A DNA stretch of 64,000 nucleotides, taken from assembly GCF_009914755.1 (NCBI RefSeq), contig NC_060932.1, one strand, 5' to 3'. The DNA is from the human T2T-CHM13v2.0 reference genome, Homo sapiens. Positions 14,448 to 28,189 of the stretch are shown one piece after another (the stretch's first letter is position 1; each line of letters starts with the position of its first letter). The notes beneath the pieces are model-generated. The model searched no databases. It saw only the letters and a program-made list of their open reading frames with translations, and was not told where the DNA came from. The position numbers and the translations under genes were made by a program.

Positions 14448-16572
14448 ATTGAGCACTCAAGTCCGTCTTCTAAACTGCCTGAACCTCTTGAGATGAGAAG
14501 AACAAAACAAACCTGCGCTGTCCTGATGTAGGTTACCCTAATGGAGCTTCCTGGGTTCTCCTCTCCCTGTCACATCTCAGGGACTCCACCTTATTTTAAA
14601 GCTGTCTTACTAGCACTGTTGGACTTTTCTGTTTCAGATGCTCAAACAAGAGATGGAGCAGGGGCAGGGTTTGGGGTTAAATGGGCTGGAGGTGAGATTG
14701 GCCCCCCTAAGGTGTTGAGGACACTTGGGGTGAAAGTCGTTAGGGTATATGTAGGTCAGAGCCAGGGCCGCTGCGTGCACAGAGGTGTGTCATGGAGCGG
14801 CCAGTAGGCACCAAAATCCAGCCAAAGCTCGGCCATGAGAGCTGGGTAGCGGCAGGGGTGACAACAGTGGCCACCCTGGTAAGGTTAAGGTCAGACTTGG
14901 GTTAGTCTAAGCTGTCAGAGGGTGTTCATCATTTTTCTTACCTTTCCAATAGTGACCCTATTCCAAAGGCCTTGTTTCTTGTGCCAGAGAAGAAACTAAA
15001 GTATAGCACGTGCAGAACTCCTTAAGATCCTCCCCAGGCTGCGGAATGAAATGTATCTTTAATCAGTTCCAATATATAGGGGGAAAATGTGCCCTCATTC
15101 ATCCATGCAACATATAAAGACAGAAAGAATCGAAACAACCACCTCTGTGCCAAACGCCGCCTTCACAGGGAGTGCAGTCTGGTGTTAGAATGCACGATGC
15201 AAAGTGCCTTGACCAGAAATATATGGCGTCATAAGAGCCAGGAGAGGGCCCCAACCCAACCCTGAGAAATCAAAGGAAGCTTTCCAAGGAGTTGGCATTT
15301 ATGCCGCATCCTGAAGGCAACAGTGCAGTGATCCAGACACAGGATGGAAAAGGAAGTCAGTCCAACCAGAAGGCAAGACTCGTGTGGGGACTTATGATCA
15401 GTTCCGTGACAGTGCAAGGGAAGGAGAAGAGAAGGATGAGCTGAAAAGGCAACCAGGGCCTATTTTATGGAGTGTGTTATATGGAGAATGATGATATGAT
15501 GTATCTTCCAAACAGGGATGTTTTGACCATGGGGGAGGAGTACTAAAAATAGTTAATTATTTATATTAATTATTATTTATATTAATTCTATATAAATATT
15601 GTTATGTATTTGTTTACCAATGAACTAGTCAGTAGATCTATAAAACAGTTGTATTTAAAACTATTTTCTAAGCTAAAATGTCAAAAATTCTGGACAAATG
15701 CCAAAATGAACAGGGTACCAGTACAGCAGATACAAACTGGGACCATCCCAGGCAAACGAAAAATGTGGTCACCCTAGTTACATGCTACATCAAAGGATGT
15801 AATCCCTGTCCTAAAAGCAATAGGCAGACATTCAAGAGTATTAAACTGGGAGAAATAATATGAGAGGATTTGGGCTGATCAGATTAGGTGGCATAAATAG
15901 TTATGAGAATAGTTTTGTGAGTCACATTGGTTTGTGGGTCAGTTCTGGCTCCATCACTTCCCAATTTGAGGACCAGTTGCTAACAGTATTACAACACTTA
16001 CTGTGGTCCAGCGCTCTTCTGAATGCTTTCGTATATTAATGTATGTAACCCTCTCGATAACTTTGTGAGGTCAGTACTATTATTATCCTCATTTTTTTTT
16101 TTTTTTAAGACGGAGTCTCACACTGTCGCCTGGGCTGGAGGGCCGTGGCACCATCTTGGCTCACTGCAACCTCCATCTCCCAGGTTCAAGCAATTCTCCT
16201 TGCCTCAGCCTCCCAGGTAGCTGGGATTACAGGTGCCTGCCACCACACCCAGCTTATTATCCCCATTTTACAGATGAGGAAATTAAGCCACAGAGTGACT
16301 AAATAACTTTCCCAAGATTACACAGCTGATAAATGGTGAAATTCAAACCCAGCGAGTCTGGTTCTAGCTGTGCTGTTCATCTCTATACTATACTGATTCT
16401 CTTGGACAATTTATTTAACTTCTTTTATTATGGCTGAATTTTCTCATCTTTAAAAAGGTGATAATACATACACATAATAATACACAAGGATTTCATGAGA
16501 TATTACCTGAAAAGTAAGCCCTGAATTCATATTATTGTATGACTGAAGTTTGATAATAAATTTGATTAGTGA

Positions 16573-16905
<333 letters not shown>

Positions 16906-17196
16906 GAGCCCTGGAATTTTGAAGGACATTTATCTTCACATTAATGGATGACAAAATTGCAGTTTTTAATGTCAATGCTATATTAATAAAGAGGAAAAGT
17001 TATGTGCATTTACCAATAAGTAGATATAATCAGCCATTAACCACACACAAGGTAGTCATCTATAAATGACATATATATTTATTTCTATTTTTAGACTATC
17101 TTTAGGGTTGAACATTAATTGGCTTTCATTTGTAAAATAAATAGCTATTCCTACAATTCATCCATAAAATTATGTAGGTTAGAAATTTATGGTCTT

Positions 17197-17581
<385 letters not shown>

Positions 17582-19630
17582 TTACTATGGCCAATTCTGA
17601 TTTTGGTGTCCTGCTAGTATCAAAAAGCCAATTTACAATTTGCTTTTGGATACTAGCAGGACGCCAAAATCAGAACCTCTGAAATTTCAAAGCCTAAATC
17701 AAATTCCATTTCAAGCTAAAACATATTATGTTTCAAGTAGCATGAAAATCACCCAAGATGAATACCAGTTTGGTCCAAATATTGGAAACCCTGTGCCTTC
17801 AGAAAAAAAAAAAAAACAAAGAGCTCAGCAAAACATGGAAGGGCTTAGGAGAAAGGAGCAGATGTATTAACGCAGATAGTCTGTTCGGGCTCTTCCCATT
17901 GTGAAGTTTAAATTAGTACCATTAGAAATGAGACTTGGAAGAGAATAGCTATATTAATTAAAATATCCTGCCAGATAGCAACAAGCAACAAACTACATAT
18001 AATGCTTTATGATTTTTCTGATCGACCCATTGCTTGCTTCTTGAAACTGTAGACACCTGGCCCGGTGAAATTCAATTTGCTACTGAGCACAGGTACCCAG
18101 AATCAGGTATAGATGATGCCATAATGGAGGGGTTCACACAACCCAGGGGAACGGCCAGAGAGGCTCTGTGGAGGGGATGAGAGCTCCTCTTGAAGGCTGA
18201 GAGCTGACTGGGCTAATGAGGCAGGGAAGTACATTCTAGAAATAAATACAAACACTGAGGAAGGAGAGAGCCTGGTACTTTCAGGACATTGCACTTGTTC
18301 CTGTGGCTGGTACAGAGGTGATGTGCCAAAGGGGAAGAGAAGAGGCCACAGAAGCTGCAGAAGTCAGCCTGTGTCTGCAGAAACAATCCCTTCTGCTTCT
18401 TATGACACCATCAGCACCTGTTAATTATAACACTGCTCCAGGTAGAGTTAAAATTCCATGCATGCATGATCTCTTAAATTACCCGTCTGTGGAATATAGC
18501 ATGATGTAATTCTGTGGTTAAGTTTTTAAAAGTAAGTAAGTGTCATCCAGAAAGAAATGTGACTTGGCTTGCGACCTGGGTATGTTCTTGAATTTGTCTT
18601 AATGGATTCACGGCTTTTCTGTTTCCGGGATTGGGGAATAATTATCTGTAATGTGAAATCATCTACATTTATTCTGAAAATTCACCTGTCAGAACAAGCC
18701 TATCTATACCTTTTCTCTCTGAATAAACAGCTTCCAAACGACCAAAGAAAAAGGTTTCCTTTTTTGAGCTGAAGACAGGCAGAAACCAGGAGACACATGG
18801 AAAATTTAAGTTCTAATGTCGAATAAATTTAACTTTCTATTTTGATATAACTTTACATTTACAGAAAGGTCGCAAGAATAATTTCAAGAACTGTTACCCC
18901 ATTTGCTTTATTGTTTTTTCTTGTTCTTTCACTCACTTTCTCCACACACCTTTTTTTTCTGAATCATTTGCAAGTAATTTGCAAACATCATTCCCCTTTA
19001 TATATAAATGCTTTAGGAGGTATTTCCGTAGAACAAAAACATTCTCTTACATAACTGTTATGCATTTATCAAAATCAAGCAATTTAACATTGTTACAAAG
19101 CAATTGTCAAATCTACATTTCATGTTCAAATGTTAACAATTGTCCCAATAATGCCATATTCATCATTTTTTGCTTTTCTGGCCTGGGATCCAATCCAGAA
19201 TCACACATTGCAGGAAACTCACCTCTTTTTAGAGTATTCTTTTATCTGGAACAGTTCCTCAACTTCTCATTATCAGTCATGATATTTTAAAGAGTGCATG
19301 CCAGTTATTTTGTAAAATGTCCCTCTGTTGGGGTTTGTCTGATGTTTCATCAGGATTGAATTGAAGCTGTGGATTTTTGTCAGGAATACCACATATTGTG
19401 CTCTCGGGATATCTTATCAGGAGCTGCATAACATCTTGGTGGTATTACCTTTGATTACTTGGCAAAGGTGGAGTTTGCTAGGTGAAGCCACTATAATTTT
19501 TTTCTTTTTTAATTAATAAGTAATTCATCTACCAGCTTTTAAGGCATTCACGATTCATTTCTGCCTGAATCATTTGTTGTTACCATGATGGTTGCAAATG
19601 ATGGTTTCTCCCACTCTGTAATTCCTCCTG

Positions 19631-19635
<5 letters not shown>

Positions 19636-19661
<26 letters not shown>

Positions 19662-21005
19662 TTGTCTGAGACACGGTCTTGCTCTGTCACCCAGGCTGGA
19701 GTACAGTGTTGCAATCTTGGCTTACTGCAGGCTTGACCCCCCAGGCTCAAGGGATCCTGCCACCTCAGCCTCCCAAGTAGCTGGGATTACAGGCGCATGC
19801 CACCACACTCAGCTAATTTTTAAAAATTTATTTTGTAGAGACAAGGTCTCACTATATTGCCCAGGCTAGTCTCAAACTCCTAGGCTCAAGCGATTCTCCC
19901 ATCTCTCAACCTCCCGAATTGCTGGGATTACAGTCATGAACCATCGTGCCTGGCTCCTCCTGCATTTCTTAGGTAGTATTGTACTGTAAAGAAGAGATTT
20001 CCCGGCCAGATATGGAGGCTCACACCTGTAATCCCAGCACTTTGGAAGGCTGAGGTGGGAGGAATACGTGCTTGAGCTCAGAAGTTCAAGACCGGCCTGA
20101 GCAGCATAGCAAGACCTTATCTCTACTAAAAATACAACATTCAAAAAATTAGCTGGGCTTAGTCCCAGCACCTGTTGTCCCAGTTACTCAGAGGCAGAGC
20201 TTGCAGTGAGCTGAGATAGCACCACTACATTCCAACCTGGATGACAGAGCCAGACCCTGTTTCAAAAATATGAAAGAAGAGATTTTCCTCCTCTCCTGCG
20301 TATTTATTTCTATCAGTATGGACTTAGATTCTCAGTTTATTCCATGGATATTCTCTTGCTATCATTATTTATTTTGATGATTAAAGTGTCTTAGATTGGC
20401 CACTGGTGTCCCTGCACCTGGATTCCGTGTACTTTTGAAGCATCCTCATCATTTTTTGACCACCTCGTTGCTTTCTGGCCTAAAAGCATGTTCCAGGTTC
20501 ATATGGCATTTTTGCCACTCCACATTTGGAAACAGCCATTTCTCCAAAGGGCCCCAGTTCCTTTTAAAGGGGAATGGCATTTGAACACCAAGATCTGGGT
20601 CTGAGGTGTATAAAATTGCTGCTGAGGTGTCTTGGCATATAGATCCTTTTGATGGATAGAGCTAAGAGACACACTGGCATCTATCAACATCTATTCTTTT
20701 TTTTCTTTTTTTTTTTTTTTTTTTTGAGACAGAGTTTTGCTCTGTCTCCCAAGCTGGAGTGCAGTGGCATGATCTTGGCTCACTGTAACCTCCACTTTCT
20801 GGGTTCAAGCCATTCTTCTGCCTCCCCTCCCGAGTAGCTGGGATTGCAGGCACCTGCCACCATGCCCAGCTAATTTTTGTATTTTTAGTAGAGACAGGGT
20901 TTCACCATGTTGGCCAGGCTGGTCTTGAACTCCTGACCTCAGGTGATCCGCCCACCTCAGCCTTCCAGAGTGCTAGGATTACAGGCATGAGCCACCGCGC
21001 CCAGC
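19636..21005. mobile_element. Three Alus: 19636-19952 (-), 20003-20270 (+), 20697-21005 (-)
   Basis: Alu consensus sequences with A or T tails. Confidence 0.88.
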
Positions 21006-21502
21006 CTCGACATCTATTGTTGTACCTACAGATATGTAGAGATATGTCTAATTGAGTGACCTAATGCTTCCAATATAATGTTACCCTGCTCCTGATTTCA
21101 ATTAAAATGCTTTTAGAGTTTCTCTATTAAATAAGAGGCAAGCTTTAGGACTGAGTTATATATACTTTTATCATGTTAAGGAAATAGCCATCAGTTCTTT
21201 TTTTTAGTGCTTTTATCTTTAATGAACGTTGAATTTGTCAAAAAGCTTTTTTTAGCATCTATGAAGATGCTCAGATAATTATTCTCTTTAGATCTATTAA
21301 ATTATTATTGTGTATTATATTAATAGATTTGGTAAGAATGAATCCTTTCATTCCTGAAATAAATTCCACTGGGTCATTGTGTGTTGCTTTCGTAATATTG
21401 AATTCTGTTCACTAATATTTTATTTAAGATTTTTGTATCATATTTTTAAATGATACCAATCTGTGATTTCCTTTTTGTTTTTACCAGCATTATCTCTTAG
21501 AT

Positions 21503-22020
21503 ATATTAGTTTCTTATTACTGCTGTAATAAATTACCACTGTGCCTTTAAAACAACACAAATTTATTCTCTTGTGTTTCTAGGGGTCAGAAATTCGAAAT
21601 GAATCTTACTGGGCTGAAATCTTCTGGGGGCTCGAGGCAAGAATGTCCTTGCTTTTCCAGTTTCTAGAGGCTGCCTGCATTCCTCATTCATGGTCTCTTC
21701 TGCCATCTTCAAATACAAAAATGTAGCCAATCTTCAAATCAGTCTCTCCCCCAACCCCCACCTTCCTCTGTTTTCTGGGGTCACATCTCGTTCTCTACCC
21801 CTCCTTCCTACCACCTCCCTTTCCCTTTATAAGGACTCTTGAGATCCCACTGGCCCCACCTGGATGCTCCAGGATACTCCCCCACCCCAATCTCAGGATC
21901 CATGACTTAGTCACATTTGCAGAGTCCCTTTGGCCAGGTAAAGGAACTTGTCCATAGTTTCCAGGAATTTGGATGTGGACATCTTTGCCGGGTGGAGTCC
22001 ACTATTCTGCCTATCACAGC
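21503..22020 (-). mobile_element. MLT1 (MaLR) LTR
   Basis: T.TATTAGTTTC..CTGCTGTAA.AAATTACCAC ... CTATTCTGCCTA.CACA. Confidence 0.8.
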
Positions 22021-22234
22021 TATCAATGTTATCCTTGCTTCGTGAAAAGAGTTTGGAAGTTTTCTTGAGTTATCTGCTCTAGAACAGTCTATTAGTATTC
22101 TCTTTTCATTGAAGATTTGGTAAACTTCTCCTGTGAAAGTCCACAGACCTGATGCATCTTTGCACAGTGGTTCTTTGGGCTTGCTTTTTCTTCTATGGAA
22201 ACTGTTCTATTTAAGCTTTCTATCTATATTGGGT

Positions 22235-22635
22235 TGTTAAATCAAGTTTAGCCTAAATCTGCCTCCTCACATATTTTAAGTTCAGCCTAAAGGTTTCTCT
22301 GTATATCGTGAACTATAACCTAAATAGAGTTGTATACAGACTGTAGCCTACTCTTGTGCCCATCCCTGAGTTTTGGCCCTTCAAAGGTGGCCAACTGCTC
22401 AAACTCTGTTCAAATAAGGCAAACACTGAGCTGTAACCAATCTGGCTGCTTCTGTACTTCACTTTTGTTTTCTGTCCGTCGCTTTTCTTTTTCTGTCCAT
22501 ACATCTTCTTCCACCACGCAGCTGCGTTGGAGTCTCTCAGTCTACTCTGGCTTGGGAGGCTGCCAGATTTGCAAATCGTTCTTTGCTCAATTAAACTCTG
22601 TTAAACTTAATTCAGCTGAGGTTTTTCTTTTAACA
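22235..22635 (+). mobile_element. MER57-like solo LTR
   Basis: TGTTAAA...TTTAACA termini, AGCCTAAA motifs, CCAAT box. Confidence 0.82.
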
Positions 22636-22732
22636 GCATCAATTTCGGCAAACTATTTTCCTGAGCAACTATGTTTCATCCAGGTTTTCAAATTTGTTCT
22701 CACTGAGGTCTGCAAAGTAGTCTCTTGTTTTT

Positions 22733-23012
22733 ATTTTTTTTTTAAGATGGGGTTTCCGTCTGTCACCCAGGCTGGAGTATAGTAGCAATCATGGCTCACT
22801 GCAGCCTCAGCCTCCTGGGTTCCAGTGATCCTCCCACCTCAGCCTTCTGAGTAGCTGGGATTACAGGCGTGTGCCACCACACTCAGCTAATTTTTAAATT
22901 TTTATTAGAGGTGAGTTCTTGCTATGGTGCCCAGGCTGCTGTTAAACTCCTGGGCTCACGCTATCCTCCCATCTCAGCCTCCCAGAGTGCTGGGATTACA
23001 GGCATGAGCCAC
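22733..23012 (-). mobile_element. AluJ
   Basis: Alu reverse complement. Confidence 0.85.
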
Positions 23013-23019
23013 ATCTCTT

Positions 23020-25100
23020 GTGTTTTTAATTTTGTATATTTCAACGATTTTTAAAATATTTACCAGTTTATTATAAAGGATATTATAAGAAATGCAAATA
23101 AATAGCCAGACAAAGAGGTACATAGGCTAAGGTCCAGATGGGTCCCAAACGCAGAAGCTTCTGTCCTTGAGTTCGAAGTGTGCTACCTTCACGGCATGTG
23201 GTTGCATTCACCAGCTGGAAATTTCTCTGAACCCTGTTATCGTTTAAGATTTTTAATGAGGTTCCATTACATAAGCATGATTGATTGCATCATTGGCCAT
23301 TGGTAGTTAACTCAATCTCCAGGCCCCTGTCCACTCCACAGAGGTCTGAGAGTCCCAACTCTCTAATCATGTGGAGGTCTTTCTGATGATCAGCCCAGCT
23401 CCCAACCTAGAGCTGTCTAGGGTACCCTAGCCATCTCCTCAGCATATAAAAGACACTCTTATCTCCCTGGAGATTGCAAGGGCGTTAGGATCTCTGTGAA
23501 CTGGGGGTAGACCAAATACATTTTTCTTATTATGCCCTAGTCCCCTGGCCATGAACCCCGTAGTGAGAAGATTATAAAAGTCAAAAGATATTGGCACATT
23601 CCTAGAATTGCATTCAGCCATCAATAATTAGTCCAGTCCATCATTCTGTCATATGAAAATACCTCCTAGGGCAAGGCCACTCAGGTTTGCCAGCTTCTGT
23701 TGGATCTTGCCAGGAGTGGCTTAGCAATATATGACCTCACCCTTTTAGGAGTCTGGTATAATGGAGCTAAGAGACAATGTCATCTCCTGTTCTGAGCCTT
23801 TTTCAAGCTGTTAATGTAATATTGGATTTCTCTCATGACTCATGACGTAACCCACTTATTCATTCCTTCAGCCTCAGTTACTATTCCTCCATCTCTCCAT
23901 TTATGACCAAAGTTTTCCACCTTCGGAAGAGACATTAGATTCAGCCACTGTGCTGCTCTAGGCTTCAGGCAGCAATACTAGTCTAGTATTATCACTAGAC
24001 TACCAATAATAGGCTAGCAAGTACCTCTTGCTCAGTCTGCTCCCATTCAAATAGAGTAAGTTTATATAGGTGCAGAACTAATGAACTGTTTTTAACCACC
24101 AGGCAGTATACCTGCATTCACTGTTAACCCCAGTTTTGCCAGATGGGGTGAAGGCACAACCTGCCCTATCAGGCCCTTAGGAATTCTGACATCGTTTTAA
24201 AGTATAATTAGGGTTTTTTGCTTAGGAAACATCCCTGCTTCCAACACCAGCAGTTGCATCTCTGCATCACGTATAAAAAAGAAAGTTGAAGTGCTGTGCA
24301 GAAGACTTGCATCATCACACCGGCATCCTCTCCTGCCCCCTCTCCTCTTATCCTCCTGCAAAGCAGAGAAATCTGTCCAGTGGGGGACACTCCCTTAGCC
24401 CCCTTATGTTGAGTGTGAAGGTATGTAAGCCAGCCTTCAATGCTTTTGTCTCCCCACATTTTAGACAGCAAATGTTTTAACTGCCCATTCCTTCCTGTTC
24501 TTATGGAACTGTTACTCTAAGGATAATGTGCACCATTATACGTCCATTTGATGTGAGCTATCTTTGCTCACTTTTGGACATTATGGGCTATAAAATGTGT
24601 CCTTTCATCTGAAGAAATGTAACTTGGTGGTCCAAATTAGTACAGTATTTTCCGTTCCTATCCTGTAATAATATTTTAAGCATTTGCATTGCATTTAAGT
24701 AGATGCAATGCTTAAAATGGGTCTACAAAACCCAGCCTGGGGTAAGTGTCTATTTCTGTTAAGACCCTGATCTATCCCGTCGGGGCTACTGGCATTGGTT
24801 GCTCCCATGTAATCCACTTACCAGCTATGCATGGGGTGCCTACCCCAGGGGAATCTGCCCCATAGCCATCTGCAGTCTCTGACTCTCTTTTTGGCATTAT
24901 ATGTCTGACAGTGCAAGAGGAATAGGTCCAGACTTAGCCCATCTCTGCATGGCTGCAGCACCACCCCCCATACCCACTCATTTTATGAGCCCCAGTGGCT
25001 ACCACAAGGGAGCACACCAAAAGGTCCACTTGATGGTGCCCGTAATACTCCAATACATATTCTTATTTACTCTTGCTCCCTTGTACTGATAACACCTATT
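23020..25100. mobile_element. MER21-like LTR with adjacent internal ERV remnant
   Basis: TTTACCAGTTTATTATAAAGGATATT...GACCAAATA.ATTTTTCTTATTAT motifs; degenerate non-LINE sequence follows. Confidence 0.55.
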
Positions 25101-25974
25101 GTGTTTCTATATATTTCTCATTGCATCTTCTATAATTTCTTCTTTATCAAGATAGTTGCTCTTTTGGTAATTGTCTTTGTACTTACACATTTTTATTGCC
25201 CTTAATCCCTGTTTTGTGTTTTTTCTTTTTTGGTATTTTTAATAGAGACAGGGTTTCACCATGCTGGTCAGGCTGGTCTTAAACTCCTGACCTCAAGTGA
25301 TTCACCTGCCTCATCCTCCCCAAACTACTGGGATTAGAGGCATGAGGCACCATGCCCGGTCTAAATCCCTGTTATCTTATTTAACCTTTCATTATCTCAT
25401 TAGACAGTTTTTAATGGCTTCTCTCACTCCCAGCTATTACCTGAATCATACTGAATGAGATTATTCTCTTTGGTCTGTGCTCCCTCTCACATTTTTAGTT
25501 GCATTATTTCTAGCGTGTCCTATAAAATGCATATATTATTTTTTCACACTTCTTCTACCTTTATTTTTATCCTAGATCTGATAAATCTATTAAATGTGCA
25601 CCCTCTATATTTTTGCTTCCATTTCCCCAGTGATTTCTTGGACAAACGAGTCACAGCCTCTGGAAGATTGCTGAAGAAGAGCTGATGCGCACAGTATCCC
25701 CTGCATTCTTGTGTGTTTCAAACTGTTCCTTTATAGCCTTGATACTTGAAGGAGATCTGGACTGGATATGAGATGCTAGGTTCATATTTGAATTTCTGAT
25801 TTCAGATGGCTTTTCCATCCTCATATGCTTGATTGAGAACATTTAATTCACACAGCACTGGTGTGTTGTGGTTTTCTGCACTTTATAGTTTATTTCGCCA
25901 GGAGCATTTTCTTAAGATGGTTTTTTAAATTCTTGTTTTCCACTTTATTTTTGTTGTTGTCGTTGTTGTTTATT

Positions 25975-26697
25975 TTATTTTTTTAAGTTCTGGGATACAT
26001 GTGCAGGATGCGCAGGTTTGTTACATAGGTAAATGTGTGCTATGGTGGTTTGCTGCACCTATCAACCCATCACCTAGGTATTAAGCCCAGCATGCATTAG
26101 CTAGTTTCCCTGATGCTCTCTTTCTCCCAACAACCCCACAACAAGCCCCAGTGTTAGATAGTTCCCCTTCCTGTGTCCATGTGTTCTCAATGTTCGGCTC
26201 CCACTTGTAAGTGAGAACATGCAGTGTTTGGTTTTCTGTTCTTGTGTTAGTTTGCTGAAGATAATGGCTTCCAGCTTCATCCATGTCCCTGAAAAGGAAA
26301 TGATCTCATTCCTTTTTATGGCTGCATAGTATTCCACGGTATATATGTACCACATTTTCTTTATCCAGTCTATCATTGATGGGCATTTGGTTTGATTCCA
26401 TGTCTTTGCTATTGTGAATAGTGCTGCAGTGAACATACACGTGCATATGTCTTTATAATAGAATGATTTATATTCCTTTGAGTACATATCCAGTAATGGG
26501 ATTGCTGGGTCAAATGGTATTTCTGGTTCTAAATCTTTGAGGAATCACCACACTGTCTTCCACAATGGTTGAACTAATTTATACTCCCACCAGCAGTGTG
26601 AAAGCGTTCCTACTTCTCTGCAACCTTGCCAGCATCTGTTGTTTCTTGACATTTTAATAATCACCATTCTGACTGGCATGAGATGGTATCTCATTGT
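25975..26697 (-). mobile_element. Older L1PA 3' fragment
   Basis: ORF2 C-terminal peptide (ORF 26101-26487) plus 3' UTR. Confidence 0.9.
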
Positions 26698-28158
26698 TCT
26701 ACTTTCTTTTATGGTAATTTGATATAGATTTAGGTTCTTTTATTTCATGGATTTATACTATTTACAACCCTCCTGGTTTAAGAGAATTCTTTTCTGTGAG
26801 TGTAACTAAGTATACTTCCTCTTTACCTTTTTATTTTATTATTATTTGGGAGTGAAAGTGAGAGAGGTTGTGTGTCTTCCAACTTTTCGTATCTCTTTTT
26901 TCTTGCAGGATCTGAAATTTCCCATCTTTTGCTTCCTCTTTGTTTTACCACCCAGTTTCCAATGGCTGTTTCTCCCTTCTCTCTTCCTTTGTGTCCTTTT
27001 CTGCCCTAAGCAATGCCTCCCAGACTGCTGCCTTCAATCGTGCACAGGCACAAGGCTGGGACTTAGGGGTCCCATCCTCATTGTCAGTGCTGTGGCTCAC
27101 CAGGAATCTTTACAGTATTTTATGCAAAAGATTGACGTTCTTTCCACCAACAGCCTCCAATCAATCTTTGACTCCACTGACACTTCCCTCTTCTCTCTTC
27201 CATACTGTTTTCCCAGAGCTTGTGGCCACAGTGTGACATTCAGCTCTGCTGGGATTTGGTGTCAACGTTTTTTATCTACACGTGATCTGAAGATTGTAGG
27301 ATTCTCTATCTTCTAGCTAGACCGAGGTTGTGGGTTTGGTATAGTTTTGCTTATTCTTCTTGCTGGTCTGTATGGCTTTATGGGTGGTCATTGCACTCAT
27401 CTAGGCCACCTCTTTCCAAATGGTACTTAGGCACAACTAGAGAACAAGTGTTATTTTCTGCAGGGCTACAGTCATCCTGGAGATGTAGAAAGATCTGAGA
27501 GAGAGAAAGCTGGTGCCTTCTTTGCATATGAGAAAGTCATTCAGTTATCTAAGGCACACATTTATCTAGGACATAGAACTTTCAGGGCAAAAACAACAAT
27601 CAAAGAAATAAATCCAGGCATTTGATTTGAAGAGCTTAATTGCATTCAGATTTGCTTTTATACTGAGTGTTAGGGAATATAAAATAAAAATATCATACTA
27701 AGCATTGCCTATTACATTCAAATACTTTCAAATTTGTCATTCACCCAGCAACCTTATAAGTAGTAATGATTTTATCATACAACTATTTCTACACTTGACA
27801 GATGAGGGAGCAAGACTCAGAGGGACTCACTCACATGCTCTTCTGGTTGCAAAGTTGATTTGAGTGGGGCCAGGAGTGAAACCCAAATCCCCTGGCTGAA
27901 AGGACCGTGCCATTTTCAGCACTAACCATGCTTAGTCATAGATGTTTTCACGAATGTGATCTTTTTTTTCCCCAATTTTCTGTTGTTTAATCACCTGTAA
28001 CCTAAGGCCACTCTGTGATAACAAATGACTAGGGGAAAATGCTTTTGAGTGTCATACTTCTCATTGATTAACTCTGTAAAAACAATGTAAGTTGCTTGTC
28101 CAGGTAAGTAGAAAGCCTTTTCTCCACTAATGATTCACCTTCTTCTCTCTTTTCACAG

Positions 28159-28189
28159 AGGACAGTTATGGGATGGATGGGAAGGTTAA
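28159..28189 (+). CDS. SULF1: SULF1 terminal exon, canonical coding part (R)GQLWDGWEG*
   Basis: Strong acceptor CTTCTCTCTTTTCACAG|; Sulf-family WDGWEG end; TAA at 28187-28189. Confidence 0.96.

Larger units (their letters stand above)
18830..22730 (-). mobile_element. Ancient L1M remnant interrupted by Alus, MLT1 and MER57
   Basis: Degenerate T-rich L1-like sequence continuing between the younger insertions. Confidence 0.55.

Noticed and set aside
22330-22782. 150-aa ORF
   Set aside because: Runs through a MER57 LTR, L1 remnant and Alu; chance ORF
26846-27316. 156-aa ORF
   Set aside because: Non-ATG start, pyrimidine-rich degenerate intronic sequence, no splice or homology support
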